Assembly (NCBI GenBank): GCA_035528375.1
Contig: DATKYS010000137.1
Coordinates: 10,024-74,023 of the forward strand
DNA from: a bacterium
GTDB lineage: Bacteria > RBG-13-66-14
DNA: 64,000 nucleotides
Direction of reading: 5' to 3'
This document shows, piece after piece, positions 1 through 8,329 of this stretch. Below the pieces are notes generated by a model. It made no database searches and was not told the origin of the DNA. It saw only the letters and a list, made by a program, of their open reading frames with translations. The translations under genes were made by a program, and so were the position numbers. How positions within the stretch are numbered: position 1 is the first letter of the stretch; every line of letters begins with the position of its first letter.

Positions 1-1962
1 AAGACACCGAAGAGACTGGCGGTCTTCCTCCTACTGACCGCCGCGGGACTGCTGGCGGCGGCGCACTTGGCCGTCGGCTGGCTCTGGCCCGCGGCCGATG
101 AGGCGCGGGAGCTCCGGGAGAATCTGCGGACCGCGGGCATCGGCCTGAGCTGGGAGGCCGCCGGGCGCGACCTGGCGCTGAATCTGGTCCTGGACGGTGT
201 CGAGGTGGGCGGGCTCCCCGCCGAGCGGCTGACCCTGGGGGCCGACCGGTTCGCCCTGGAGGGGGCGGCTCTCGGGGTGGACGAGCTGGCCTCGCTCGCC
301 GGGATGGCGCGTGCGCTGGGGAAAAGCGGCCTGTCGCTCGGGGGAACCCTGGACCTGGGTCGGGGTCTTCGTCTCCTCGGTGTGTGGAACGGCGTCGTCG
401 CCGACGACCGGCTTACACTGGCCGGGGACGCAGTCCTCGCCCGCCGGGGGCGCGAGCTCGAGGTTTTCACGTCATTTCACCTCGCCCGTGGGGCGATTTG
501 CCTCACCCTGGAGTCGGAGGGGAGCCTGGTCGTCGGACGGCTCGACTCCGGGGGCTTTTTCTTTTCCCCCCGTCTGGAGGCGGCCGAGCTCACCGGGCTC
601 TGGGGCGGCGATCCGGTTCAGGCGGGCGGAACCGTCTGCGGCCTGGGTTGGCCCGGCGAAAATCGCTGGCTCGTCTGGAGCTCCGGCTTCGGGTTGCGCC
701 GGCGGGGGGCGCCCGAGGAGTTCTCCTCCGGGCCCTTCTTCTTCGAGTACGACGGGGGAGACTGGACCGCCTGGCTGGCCGATACGGGAACGGCCCGCGG
801 AACGGACGGCGAGCTCGCCGAGCTTTCCCTCTCCGCCGACCTGGACGTCCGCCACCTGGCCCGGTCGGTGCTCCCCCTGGGCAGCACGGGGTCCGGCCTG
901 GTCGGGTGCGAGGTTCTCTTCCACAGGCTGCAAGCGCCGCGGCTCTCCCTCACCGCCGAGGGGGTCGCCCTGGGCCTTCCCGATGGGACGCGCCTGTCCC
1001 TCGAGGGCGGGTTGTCTCTGACGGACGGCGTTCCCCGGGCCGACTGCCGCTTCGACACGGGGGGCGGTTGGCTGAATTACGGCATCGGCGATGACGGGGG
1101 CGCGACCCTGGCCGGGGAGGGTGTCGCACTGGACTCCGCCTGGCGCGGCTGTCTCAGGCTGCGCGAGGTCATCCCCCCGCTGGGATTGCTGGACCTCGGA
1201 CCGCTCATCGCGCCCCCGACCCTGACGGTGGAGCTCGACGACTGCCGCTGGGGTGACTCGCCGCTGGGGCGGGTGAGCGGCGTCGTCAGCCGGGCGACCG
1301 CCGGCTGGACCGCCAACCTGACCCTGGATATGGACGGCGGTCGGGCGCGGTGCGTCTGGCGCCTGGACCTCCTCGGCGGTCAGCGGATCCGGGGGAGCTT
1401 CCGGAACCTCCCCCTCGCGCTCATCCGCGTCCTGGGGGCTGAAGAGGCCGGTCTGGAGCCCACCGGCGGGCGGATGGAGGGAAGTGTGGAGATGACCCTG
1501 CGGGGAGCCGAACCGGATTCCCTGACCTTGAACCTCACGGCGACCGGGGTGGAGGCGCCGCTGCCGCCGTTCTTGACATCCCTCTGGCGCTGGGCGGACA
1601 CCGGCGCCGACCCGCCCGCGCTCACCGGGGCGGGGCTCGAGTTCGCCTGGAGCCTCCGCGGTGGTGGACCCGGTGAAATGGCCCTCCGCTTGACCTCCCC
1701 CGACCTGCGTGTTACTTTAAGCTCCGGCAGCCGGGCGGCCTGGGCGGGTGCGTTGGACATTTCCGGGCGCCTCGAGGTGCCGCCGGGGGTGGCCCGGCGG
1801 ATGTCGGAGCGAGGCGTCCTCGTCTTCCGCACCCCGAGCGGCTGGGGTGCCGTGCCCTTCCATCTGGGCGGGACCTGGACCGATCCCCAGCCCCGTTTGG
1901 ATCTCGTGCAGTCCCGGCTCCTCGCCGCCTCCGAGCCGCCGCCCGGGACGGTGGGCTGGTAG
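1..1962 (+). CDS. large envelope protein, 5' end off-window; possibly AsmA/TamB-like
   Basis: Frame 1 is open from base 1 (KTPKRLAVFLLLTAAGLLAAAHL looks like an N-terminal TM helix) into ORF 67..1962. Long Gly/Leu/Arg-rich beta-type sequence. The C-terminal VPFHLGGTWTDPQPRLDL resembles AsmA-family ends. Family call is from memory only. Confidence 0.5.
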   Translation, partial: KTPKRLAVFLLLTAAGLLAAAHLAVGWLWPAADEARELRENLRTAGIGLSWEAAGRDLALNLVLDGVEVGGLPAERLTLGADRFALEGAALGVDELASLAGMARALGKSGLSLGGTLDLGRGLRLLGVWNGVVADDRLTLAGDAVLARRGRELEVFTSFHLARGAICLTLESEGSLVVGRLDSGGFFFSPRLEAAELTGLWGGDPVQAGGTVCGLGWPGENRWLVWSSGFGLRRRGAPEEFSSGPFFFEYDGGDWTAWLADTGTARGTDGELAELSLSADLDVRHLARSVLPLGSTGSGLVGCEVLFHRLQAPRLSLTAEGVALGLPDGTRLSLEGGLSLTDGVPRADCRFDTGGGWLNYGIGDDGGATLAGEGVALDSAWRGCLRLREVIPPLGLLDLGPLIAPPTLTVELDDCRWGDSPLGRVSGVVSRATAGWTANLTLDMDGGRARCVWRLDLLGGQRIRGSFRNLPLALIRVLGAEEAGLEPTGGRMEGSVEMTLRGAEPDSLTLNLTATGVEAPLPPFLTSLWRWADTGADPPALTGAGLEFAWSLRGGGPGEMALRLTSPDLRVTLSSGSRAAWAGALDISGRLEVPPGVARRMSERGVLVFRTPSGWGAVPFHLGGTWTDPQPRLDLVQSRLLAASEPPPGTVGW

Positions 1963-2010
1963 GGCGGGAAGTTCCGAGAACTCCCCGTTGAAAGCCGACC
2001 GCGTTGGAGG

Positions 2011-2163
2011 GTCCACCCCACGCCTTTCCGGGATGAAAGCCGGTCTGTTGGCCGGTGCGGACGAAGAAGGCGTCCACCCCACGCCTTTCCGGGATGAAAG
2101 CCGGTTTTCCGCACGACGATCAAACTCCTGGAGTCCACCCCATGCCCTTCGGGGATGAAAGCC
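2011..2163 (+). repeat. three 33-bp direct repeats with two 28-bp unique spacers (61-bp period), CRISPR-like mini-array
   Basis: GTCCACCCCACGCCTTTCCGGGATGAAAGCCGG occurs at 2011-2043 and identically at 2072-2104. A third copy at 2133 has 3 mismatches in the first 31 nt and no indels. Spacers 2044-2071 and 2105-2132 are unrelated. The repeat holds a CTTTC/GAAAG dyad. Confidence 0.9.
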
Positions 2164-2981
2164 CCGCCGCGTCGGGGAAGGCGAACCTGGCGCCCGTCCT
2201 GGCCGAGGCGATAGACATCGCCCGGGAGGCCGGGGCGCTCCTGCGCGACCTCTTCTTCAAGCCCCGCGACGTGCGATACAAGGGGAAGATAGACCTCGTC
2301 ACAGACGCCGACAGCGCCGCCGAGGAGCTGATTCTGGGGCGCATCGCCCGGACCTTTCCAGACCACGCCGTCCTGGCCGAGGAGTCCTCCGGCGGCCGGA
2401 TTCCCCGACCCGATCCCCCGCCCCGCCACCTGTGGCTGGTGGACCCCCTGGACGGCACGACCAACTACGCCCACGGGTTGCCCATCTACGCGGTCTCGAT
2501 CGGTTTCCTGGTCGAGGGGGCGCCGGCGCTCGGGGTGGTGTACGATCCCTCCCGCGACGAGCTCTTCCACGGCGGCGTCGGCCTGGGCGCCTACCTGAAC
2601 GACCGTCCGGTCCGGGTCAGCGCCGAGGCCGACCTCGAGCGGTCCATCCTGGCCACCGGTTTCCCCTACGACCTGCGGGTTTCCGCGGACAACAACCTGG
2701 ACCACTTCACCCGGTTCAGCTACGCCACCCAGGCCATCCGGCGCCTGGGGTCGGCGGCCCTCGATCTGTGCTACGTGGCCTGCGGACGGCTCGACGGCTT
2801 CTGGGAGCTCAAGCTCCACCCCTGGGACACGGCGGCGGCCGCGGCCTTCATCCCCGAGGCGGGGGGGAGGGTCAGCGATTACGCCGGCGGCCCCTTCGAC
2901 GTCTTCGGTCTGGAAACCGTGGCCTCGAACGGTCTCATCCACGGGGCGCTGATCCGGGTCATCTCTTCGGACGAATCGTAA
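2142..2981 (+). CDS. suhB: inositol monophosphatase family protein
   Basis: WLVDPLDGTTNYAHGLPIYAVSIG and WDTAAAAAFIPEAGG motifs. ATG at 2142 has GGAG 9 nt upstream. ORF-track residues before it are encoded by the repeats. Confidence 0.85.
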   Translation: MPFGDESPAASGKANLAPVLAEAIDIAREAGALLRDLFFKPRDVRYKGKIDLVTDADSAAEELILGRIARTFPDHAVLAEESSGGRIPRPDPPPRHLWLVDPLDGTTNYAHGLPIYAVSIGFLVEGAPALGVVYDPSRDELFHGGVGLGAYLNDRPVRVSAEADLERSILATGFPYDLRVSADNNLDHFTRFSYATQAIRRLGSAALDLCYVACGRLDGFWELKLHPWDTAAAAAFIPEAGGRVSDYAGGPFDVFGLETVASNGLIHGALIRVISSDES

Positions 2982-2991
2982 AGGAGCGGCT

Positions 2992-3873
2992 ATGCGGTGG
3001 AAGGCGTTGCTTTTCGGTGGGTTGGCGGCCCTCCTCCTCGCCTCCTGTGGCGGCGGGGATGAGCCCCCGGCCGATGAGACTCTCGACCTCACCGCGCCCC
3101 CGGACGGCGGAGCCGTCGCCCCCGTCGAGGTGCCCACCGCCGAGCGGTACGCCGAGGTGGCTGAGGGCCCGCTGAACCTGCGCGAGGAACCCACCGTGGA
3201 TTCGGCGGTCATCGTCCAACTGCCCGTCCGGGCCCGGGTGGAGATTCTGAGCGAGGGGCGCCAGGAGACCGTCGGGGAGGACACCGACCGCTGGTACGAG
3301 GTGCGCACCGCCGACGGAAAACATGGCTACGTTTTCGGGGCTTTTTTAACGCTGGACGCACCGGCGCCGGCCCAGGGGACGCCCGCTCCCCCGACCACCC
3401 TGGAGCTGCCGGGCTCGGCGACCCCGATTCCCGGGGACCTCGGGCCCGTCGAGCTTTTAGGCCTGTCCGAGGAAGCGGAGACGACGGGCCGACTGTTCGA
3501 GGCCGCGGATTACCTGGCCGCGGCGCTCTCCGCCAACCCGGAGAACGTAAAGGGCTACTTCCACCTGAGCGATTTGTACTTCGAGCTGGAGCGCTACGCC
3601 GACGCCGCGACCGCCCTGGAGAATTACATCGCGGGCGAGCCCGACAGCTTCTGGGGGCACAACAACCTGGGCCTGGCCTACATCCGGGTCAAAAACTACC
3701 CCCGGGCCATCGCCGTGCTGGAGCGGGCGGTGCAGCTCGAGCCCGAGGGCCGCTCCGGGGAGGCCGGAAAAGAGGCGGTGCGGCTGGCCTACCGCAATCT
3801 CATCGCCGCCTACCAGGCCAACCGGGACACCGAGGGCGCCGAGCGGGCGCGTCGGCGGATGGATGCCCTGTAG
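2992..3873 (+). CDS. lipoprotein with bacterial SH3 domain and TPR repeats
   Basis: Lipobox LLASCGG. SH3b-like NLREEPTVDSAVIV...DRWYEVRTADGKHGYVFGAFL. TPR-like C-terminal half (YFHLSDLYFELERYADAATALENY..., NNLGLAYIRVKNYPRAIAVLERAV). Confidence 0.7.
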   Translation: MRWKALLFGGLAALLLASCGGGDEPPADETLDLTAPPDGGAVAPVEVPTAERYAEVAEGPLNLREEPTVDSAVIVQLPVRARVEILSEGRQETVGEDTDRWYEVRTADGKHGYVFGAFLTLDAPAPAQGTPAPPTTLELPGSATPIPGDLGPVELLGLSEEAETTGRLFEAADYLAAALSANPENVKGYFHLSDLYFELERYADAATALENYIAGEPDSFWGHNNLGLAYIRVKNYPRAIAVLERAVQLEPEGRSGEAGKEAVRLAYRNLIAAYQANRDTEGAERARRRMDAL

Positions 3874-3874
3874 C

Positions 3875-4660
3875 ATGTCAACCCTCGGCGAGCGCTTCGC
3901 GTTCCTGCCGCGCTTCCGCTGCGAGGAAGAGCTCGCCGCGGGGGGGCGGGTGGAGCTCGTCGGCGAGGAGGCGCACCACGCGCTCCGGGTGCGGCGCCTG
4001 CGCCCCGGCGACGCCCTGGCGCTCGTCAACGGTCGGGGAACCACCGCCCGGGGAACAATCCTCCGCCTGACCGCGAACGGATTTTTCGTCGGAATAGAGG
4101 AGACGGCGGAGCGGTTGGGCGAGTTGCCCCAAAAAATCGTCCTCTACCTGGCCCTGGTCAAGCACCGCCGCTTCGAGGAGGCCCTGTACATGGCGGTGGA
4201 ATTGGGCGTTTCCGCCGTCATTCCGTTGGTTTCCGAGCGCAGCGTGGCTCGGCCGAACCCGGAGCGGCTGCCGGAGCTCCTGTCGCGCTGGCGCCGGGTG
4301 GCCTGGGAGGAGACGAAGCTCTGCGAGCGCAGCGTGGTCCCGGCGGTGGGGGCGCCGGTAGACCTCGCCACGGCGGCCAACTGCAGTGCCTGCAACCACA
4401 AAATAATTCTCACCCCGCGCCGCGGGGCCCCGGCCCTGGACCGGCTGGTGGAAAACCTCGGCGCGCGCGAGGGGGAACGCATCGCCCTGGTCGTCGGACC
4501 CGAGGGCGACTTCACCGACACCGAGCTGACCTATGCCCTGGCCCGCGGCTGCCGGGAGGCGAGCCTGGGTGACCGGCTCCTGCGGAGCGAGGTGGCGGGT
4601 GTGGCCGCCGTGACGGCGACCCTGGCCGGTCTGGGCGCCCTCGAGGAGTTCAAAAGGTAA
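3875..4660 (+). CDS. rsmE: 16S rRNA (uracil1498-N3)-methyltransferase
   Basis: N-terminal PUA-like segment (VELVGEEAHHALRVRRLRPGDALALVNGRG) and C-terminal LVVGPEGDFTDTEL...LGDRLLRSEVA are typical of RsmE. ATG directly follows the upstream stop. Confidence 0.8.
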   Translation: MSTLGERFAFLPRFRCEEELAAGGRVELVGEEAHHALRVRRLRPGDALALVNGRGTTARGTILRLTANGFFVGIEETAERLGELPQKIVLYLALVKHRRFEEALYMAVELGVSAVIPLVSERSVARPNPERLPELLSRWRRVAWEETKLCERSVVPAVGAPVDLATAANCSACNHKIILTPRRGAPALDRLVENLGAREGERIALVVGPEGDFTDTELTYALARGCREASLGDRLLRSEVAGVAAVTATLAGLGALEEFKR

Positions 4661-4675
4661 GCTGGGAGAGATTCC

Positions 4676-5017
4676 ATGCGGGATTGCATCTTCTGCCGGA
4701 TCGTCGCCGGGGAGATTCCCTCGGCCAAGGTTTTCGAGGACGAGCGCTACTACGCCTTCCGGGACATCAACCCCAAGGCGCCGGTGCACTTCCTGGTCAT
4801 CACCCGGGAGCACATCGGCGGGGTGGCCGACATGGAGGGGCGCGAGGAGCTCCTGGGCGGCCTGGTGACCACGGGGGTCAGGTTGGCCGCCGAGCTTGGG
4901 CTCGCCGACGCCGGTTACCGGTTGGTTCTGAATCAGGGGGCCGACGGGGGGCAGAGCGTGCCCCACGTACACCTCCACGTCCTGGGCGGGCGCGCGCTGG
5001 CCTGGCCGCCGGGGTAA
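4676..5017 (+). CDS. HIT (histidine triad) family protein
   Basis: CIFCRIVAGEIPS..., INPKAPVHFLVITREH, and the HxHxH-type motif VPHVHLHVLGG. Confidence 0.88.
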   Translation: MRDCIFCRIVAGEIPSAKVFEDERYYAFRDINPKAPVHFLVITREHIGGVADMEGREELLGGLVTTGVRLAAELGLADAGYRLVLNQGADGGQSVPHVHLHVLGGRALAWPPG

Positions 5018-5793
5018 TGGAAACGCTGCGCGTGATTTTCTCCCCGCCCGGCGACGCCCGGTGGAACATGGCCGTGGACGAGGCCCTCCTAGCGGGGGTC
5101 ATCGGGGGTGGGACCGGTCCGACGCTGCGGCTCTACTCCTGGCGACCGCCGGGGATCAGCCTGGGACACTTCCAGCCGGCGGGGATGGCGGACCTCGGAG
5201 CCTGTGCGCGGCGCGGGGTGGAGGTGGTGCGGCGCGTCACCGGCGGCGGAGCGGTTTTCCACCACGGCGACGTGACCGCCTGCCTGGTCTGCCCGGCGAG
5301 CATCCTGCCCCGCAACGTCCGGGAGAGCTACCGTCTGTTATCCGGGGCCCACGCCGCGGCGATTCGTTCCCTGGGTCTGAACGCCGGGGCGGGCGGCGAG
5401 GCCCCGCCGCTCCCCCGCAGGTTGCGTCCCGGCTACGACTGCTTCGCCCGGCTCACCGAGTGCGACGTCGCCGTGGGCGGGGTGAAGGTGGCGGGAAGCG
5501 CCCAACGTAGAAAAGGCGGGGCGGTCCTCCACCACACCAGCGTCGTCTGGGAGCCCCAGCCGTCGGAGCTGCTCATCGAACTTCTGCCCGGCGCCGCGTC
5601 CCTCGGTCGTCCGGCGGCGGTGCTGGAACTCGCCCCGGGAGCCGACCGTAGGGGGTTCGAGGAGCTTCTAGCCGGCGAGGTCGCCCGGGCCCTCGGCCTG
5701 GAGCCGCGGATCGGTGAGTTGACCGGCGACGAAATATCGAGCGCCCGGCGACTGGCTGGGGAAAAACGCTTGGAAATCGTTCAACCGGGGTAG
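5017..5793 (+). CDS. lipoate-protein ligase / octanoyltransferase family (BPL_LplA_LipB) protein
   Basis: Starts METLRV with a TAATG overlap on the HIT stop. Motifs LRLYSWRPPGISLGHFQ, RRVTGGGAVFHHGD and VKVAGSAQRR. Confidence 0.8.
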   Translation: METLRVIFSPPGDARWNMAVDEALLAGVIGGGTGPTLRLYSWRPPGISLGHFQPAGMADLGACARRGVEVVRRVTGGGAVFHHGDVTACLVCPASILPRNVRESYRLLSGAHAAAIRSLGLNAGAGGEAPPLPRRLRPGYDCFARLTECDVAVGGVKVAGSAQRRKGGAVLHHTSVVWEPQPSELLIELLPGAASLGRPAAVLELAPGADRRGFEELLAGEVARALGLEPRIGELTGDEISSARRLAGEKRLEIVQPG

Positions 5794-5824
5794 GACGCCC
5801 CTTTACGTAACACTGCGAGGTTCC

Positions 5825-6742
5825 ATGAGGTTGAAACCGGCCCTGCTCTTTTTGATACCGCTCTTTCTATCCTGCACCGGCGGCTCCCCAGTCGGGGACC
5901 AGGATTACATCGTTGCCCGCGTGGGCGACGCCACCCTGACCCGCCGCGAGGCCGGACGCCTGCAGATCGAGGCCAAGCAGGGCAACCTGGTCTTCCCCAC
6001 GGTGGAGAGCGTGGTGGAGAGCTGGGTCCTGGACCAGCTCGCCTACCAGGAGGCCATGCGCCAGGGGATAGACAAAGAGGAGGAGATGGCCTGGATGCTC
6101 GAGCGGCAGGCGATCACCCTCCTGCGCGCCGCGCTCATCAAGCGGGAGGTGCTGGATCGGCTGCCTCCGGTGACGGAGGCCCAGGCCGTCGAATTCTACG
6201 AAAAGCACAAGGAGGATTTCCGGGCCAGGGAGCCGCTGGTCTGGGTCTGGATGCTCGAGCGCAACGACGAAGAGAGCGCCTGGCAGGTTCTCAGCCGCCT
6301 GAAGCCAGACGGCTCCAACTTCCGCGCCGAGGCCCAGCTCTGGAGCCAGGGCGTGTCCCAGCCCAAGGGCGGCGACCGGGGCTACATCGGCCAGTCGAGG
6401 CTCAAGCCCGAGCTGTGGGCTGTCTGCCAGGCGATTCCACTGGGGAAGGTCTCCGCGGTGATTCCCTACCGGCAGGGTAACATCACCCTCTTCGCCATCG
6501 TCCTGGTAAAGGATAGGATTGACACCGGCGAGTTCCAGAAACCGGAGGGGGTGGGGTACGACCTGCTGAAAGAGCGGGCGGCCGCCTTGCAGTACCGCGA
6601 TGTGCTCGAGTCCTACATGGACGGCTTGCGCGAGAAGACCACGGTGTACGTGGACTCCGACGCCGTCGCCAAGCTGGACGCCGAGGCGACGCGGACCGAG
6701 GAGGAGATAGAGAACCCGGTACCCATCCTGGGCGAGCCGTAA
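5825..6742 (+). CDS. parvulin-type peptidyl-prolyl isomerase lipoprotein (SurA/PrsA-like)
   Basis: Lipobox LFLSCTGG. Rotamase-like GGDRGYIGQSRLKPELWAVCQAIPLGKVSAVIPYRQGNITLFAIVLV. Confidence 0.65.
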   Translation: MRLKPALLFLIPLFLSCTGGSPVGDQDYIVARVGDATLTRREAGRLQIEAKQGNLVFPTVESVVESWVLDQLAYQEAMRQGIDKEEEMAWMLERQAITLLRAALIKREVLDRLPPVTEAQAVEFYEKHKEDFRAREPLVWVWMLERNDEESAWQVLSRLKPDGSNFRAEAQLWSQGVSQPKGGDRGYIGQSRLKPELWAVCQAIPLGKVSAVIPYRQGNITLFAIVLVKDRIDTGEFQKPEGVGYDLLKERAAALQYRDVLESYMDGLREKTTVYVDSDAVAKLDAEATRTEEEIENPVPILGEP

Positions 6743-6776
6743 AAAAAAGGACGCGGCCCCGGGCCGCGTTTTTTTA
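6741..6776. terminator. bidirectional rho-independent terminator between convergent genes
   Basis: AAAAAAAAGG-ACGCGGCC-CCG-GGCCGCGT-TTTTTTT: a GC hairpin flanked by an A-run and a T-run. Confidence 0.75.
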
Positions 6777-8195
6777 TCGCCGGTCCACGGCCTCTTTTAT
6801 CAGCACACCCCTGGTCTCACCGGCCAGGAGGCGCGAGAGGACCGTCCCGTCGCCCCGTGTCAGCGCCGCCTGCCAGAGCGCCTGGCGCGGCGATTCGCCG
6901 GTGAAGGACTGGACGCCGGCCCGGCGCAGCACGCCCGCGAGGAGCTTCCGCCTCCGCCTCAGCTCCCGCTCGCCCAGGAGCGGTACGTCGGCCAGCGGCG
7001 TGCCGGGCTTGGGGACGAAGGGAGAGGCCGACACCGTCAGGCGCGTCCGGTCGAGCTTTTTTTTGATTTCCGCGGTCAGGGAACCGGCGGCGCGGAGGTC
7101 GTCATCGGTCTCCCCGGGCGGGCCGTACATCAGGTACAGCTTGAGACCGCGGGCTCCGGCCTTTCGCGCGGCGTCGGCGGCGGCGAGGATGTCCCCGTCT
7201 GAGAGCCCCTTGCCCAGCTTATCGCGCAAGCCCTGCGAGCCCGCTTCGGCGGAGAGGGTCAACGTCCGCTGGCCCAGCTCCACCAGGAGGCGGGCCGTGT
7301 CCCCGTCCAGGAGGTCCGCCCTGAGGGAGCTGGCCGTGGCCCGCAGGCCCCTCCCCTTCAGCCACCGGAGGAGGTCGCGGAAACCGTCCCCCTCGGCGAC
7401 CGCGGCGCCGACGAGCCCCACCCGATTCACGCCCAGGTCCCCCGTCACCCTGAGAATCTGTTCCCTCAGGGCGTCGGGATCGGCCGGTCGGAAGCCGCCC
7501 GCCGTCCAGCACACGGCGCAGAAACGGCACCTGCGGGGACAGCCGCGCCCCAGCTCCACCAGCGCCGTCTCGCCGAAGTGTCCCGCGGGGTGCACCGTCT
7601 CACTCGCCGCGTAGGAGCCGGACGTCCAGACCCGGCGCTCCCCCGGCGCACCGAGGGCGTCAACGTGGAGGCCGAATTTTCCGAAGAGCGACCAGGCCTC
7701 CTCCCTCGTGCGGGGCGGATTTTGAAAAGTCCCCTCCAGCACCGACGGCAGGACGGTCTCGGCGTCTCCCCGATAAACCGCGTCGAAAAAGGGCGCCAGG
7801 GGCAAGGGGTTCAGACCGGGGGCGACGCCGCCGGCGATTAAGAGCGGCCCCCCCCTCTCCCCGTGCCCGGCGAGGAGGCCGGCGGAACGCAGCGTGTCCA
7901 GGAGCGCCGGGTAGTCGTTCTCGAAGGAAACCGAGGCCAGGACCAGATCGAAGGAACCGAGGGGGCGGTCCCAGGCGAAGGAGAGGGGCCGGCCCTCCGA
8001 CCGGTCGAGGGTGTAGAGTCGGTCGGCGGACCAGCCGGGGGTGTCGTCGGTCAGCGCCCACACGCGCTGGTGGCCCAGGTTCGCAAGGCCGGACGCGTAG
8101 TCGTTGCCCCAGACGACGCAGGCGGAAAGCGGGGCACCGGGTCGGCTCCGGCGGCCCCGTTCGCTTTTACGCAACCGGACGATCTCGCGCTTCAT
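6774..8195 (-). CDS. radical SAM protein with B12-binding-like N-terminal domain
   Basis: CxxxCxxC cluster motif GRGCPRRCRFCAVCW. N-terminal VVWGNDYASGLANLGHQRVWAL resembles the uncharacterised rSAM family with FPDxYxxGMSxLG. Start taken at MKREIV. Confidence 0.75.
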   Translation of the reverse strand: MKREIVRLRKSERGRRSRPGAPLSACVVWGNDYASGLANLGHQRVWALTDDTPGWSADRLYTLDRSEGRPLSFAWDRPLGSFDLVLASVSFENDYPALLDTLRSAGLLAGHGERGGPLLIAGGVAPGLNPLPLAPFFDAVYRGDAETVLPSVLEGTFQNPPRTREEAWSLFGKFGLHVDALGAPGERRVWTSGSYAASETVHPAGHFGETALVELGRGCPRRCRFCAVCWTAGGFRPADPDALREQILRVTGDLGVNRVGLVGAAVAEGDGFRDLLRWLKGRGLRATASSLRADLLDGDTARLLVELGQRTLTLSAEAGSQGLRDKLGKGLSDGDILAAADAARKAGARGLKLYLMYGPPGETDDDLRAAGSLTAEIKKKLDRTRLTVSASPFVPKPGTPLADVPLLGERELRRRRKLLAGVLRRAGVQSFTGESPRQALWQAALTRGDGTVLSRLLAGETRGVLIKEAVDRR

Positions 8196-8269
8196 GCTCC
8201 GGCGGGCTCCTCCGCGCGCGTTTCGAGGGACCAACCTTACCACCGACCGGTCCCGCTGACAAGAATGCC

Positions 8270-8299
8270 TTGAATCCGCGCCGTTTTTAAGTTTATACT
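8270..8299 (+). promoter_or_regulatory. sigma70-type promoter candidate for the M14 peptidase gene
   Basis: TTGAAT-N18-TATACT, 31 nt upstream of the ATG at 8330. Confidence 0.4.
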
Positions 8300-8329
8300 T
8301 GAGATGGTGGGTGGAGAATAGGACGTGGG

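Noticed and set aside
2055-2141. N-terminal 29 codons of track ORF 2055..2981
   Set aside because: They are encoded by the direct repeats (STPRLSGMKAG appears because of the repeat). The IMPase similarity, with an SD, begins at the ATG at 2142.
1380-3308. 642-aa minus-strand ORF spanning the AsmA-like gene, the repeats, suhB and the SH3/TPR gene
   Set aside because: It is antisense to three genes with recognisable motifs. It is Arg/Pro/Gly/Ser-rich with no motif, as expected for stop-poor off-frames in high-G+C DNA.
4684-5016. N-terminal 111 codons of track ORF 4684..5793
   Set aside because: This stretch is out of frame with, and fully inside, the HIT gene. The lipoate-ligase-family similarity begins only at METLRV (5017), which overlaps the HIT stop as TAATG.
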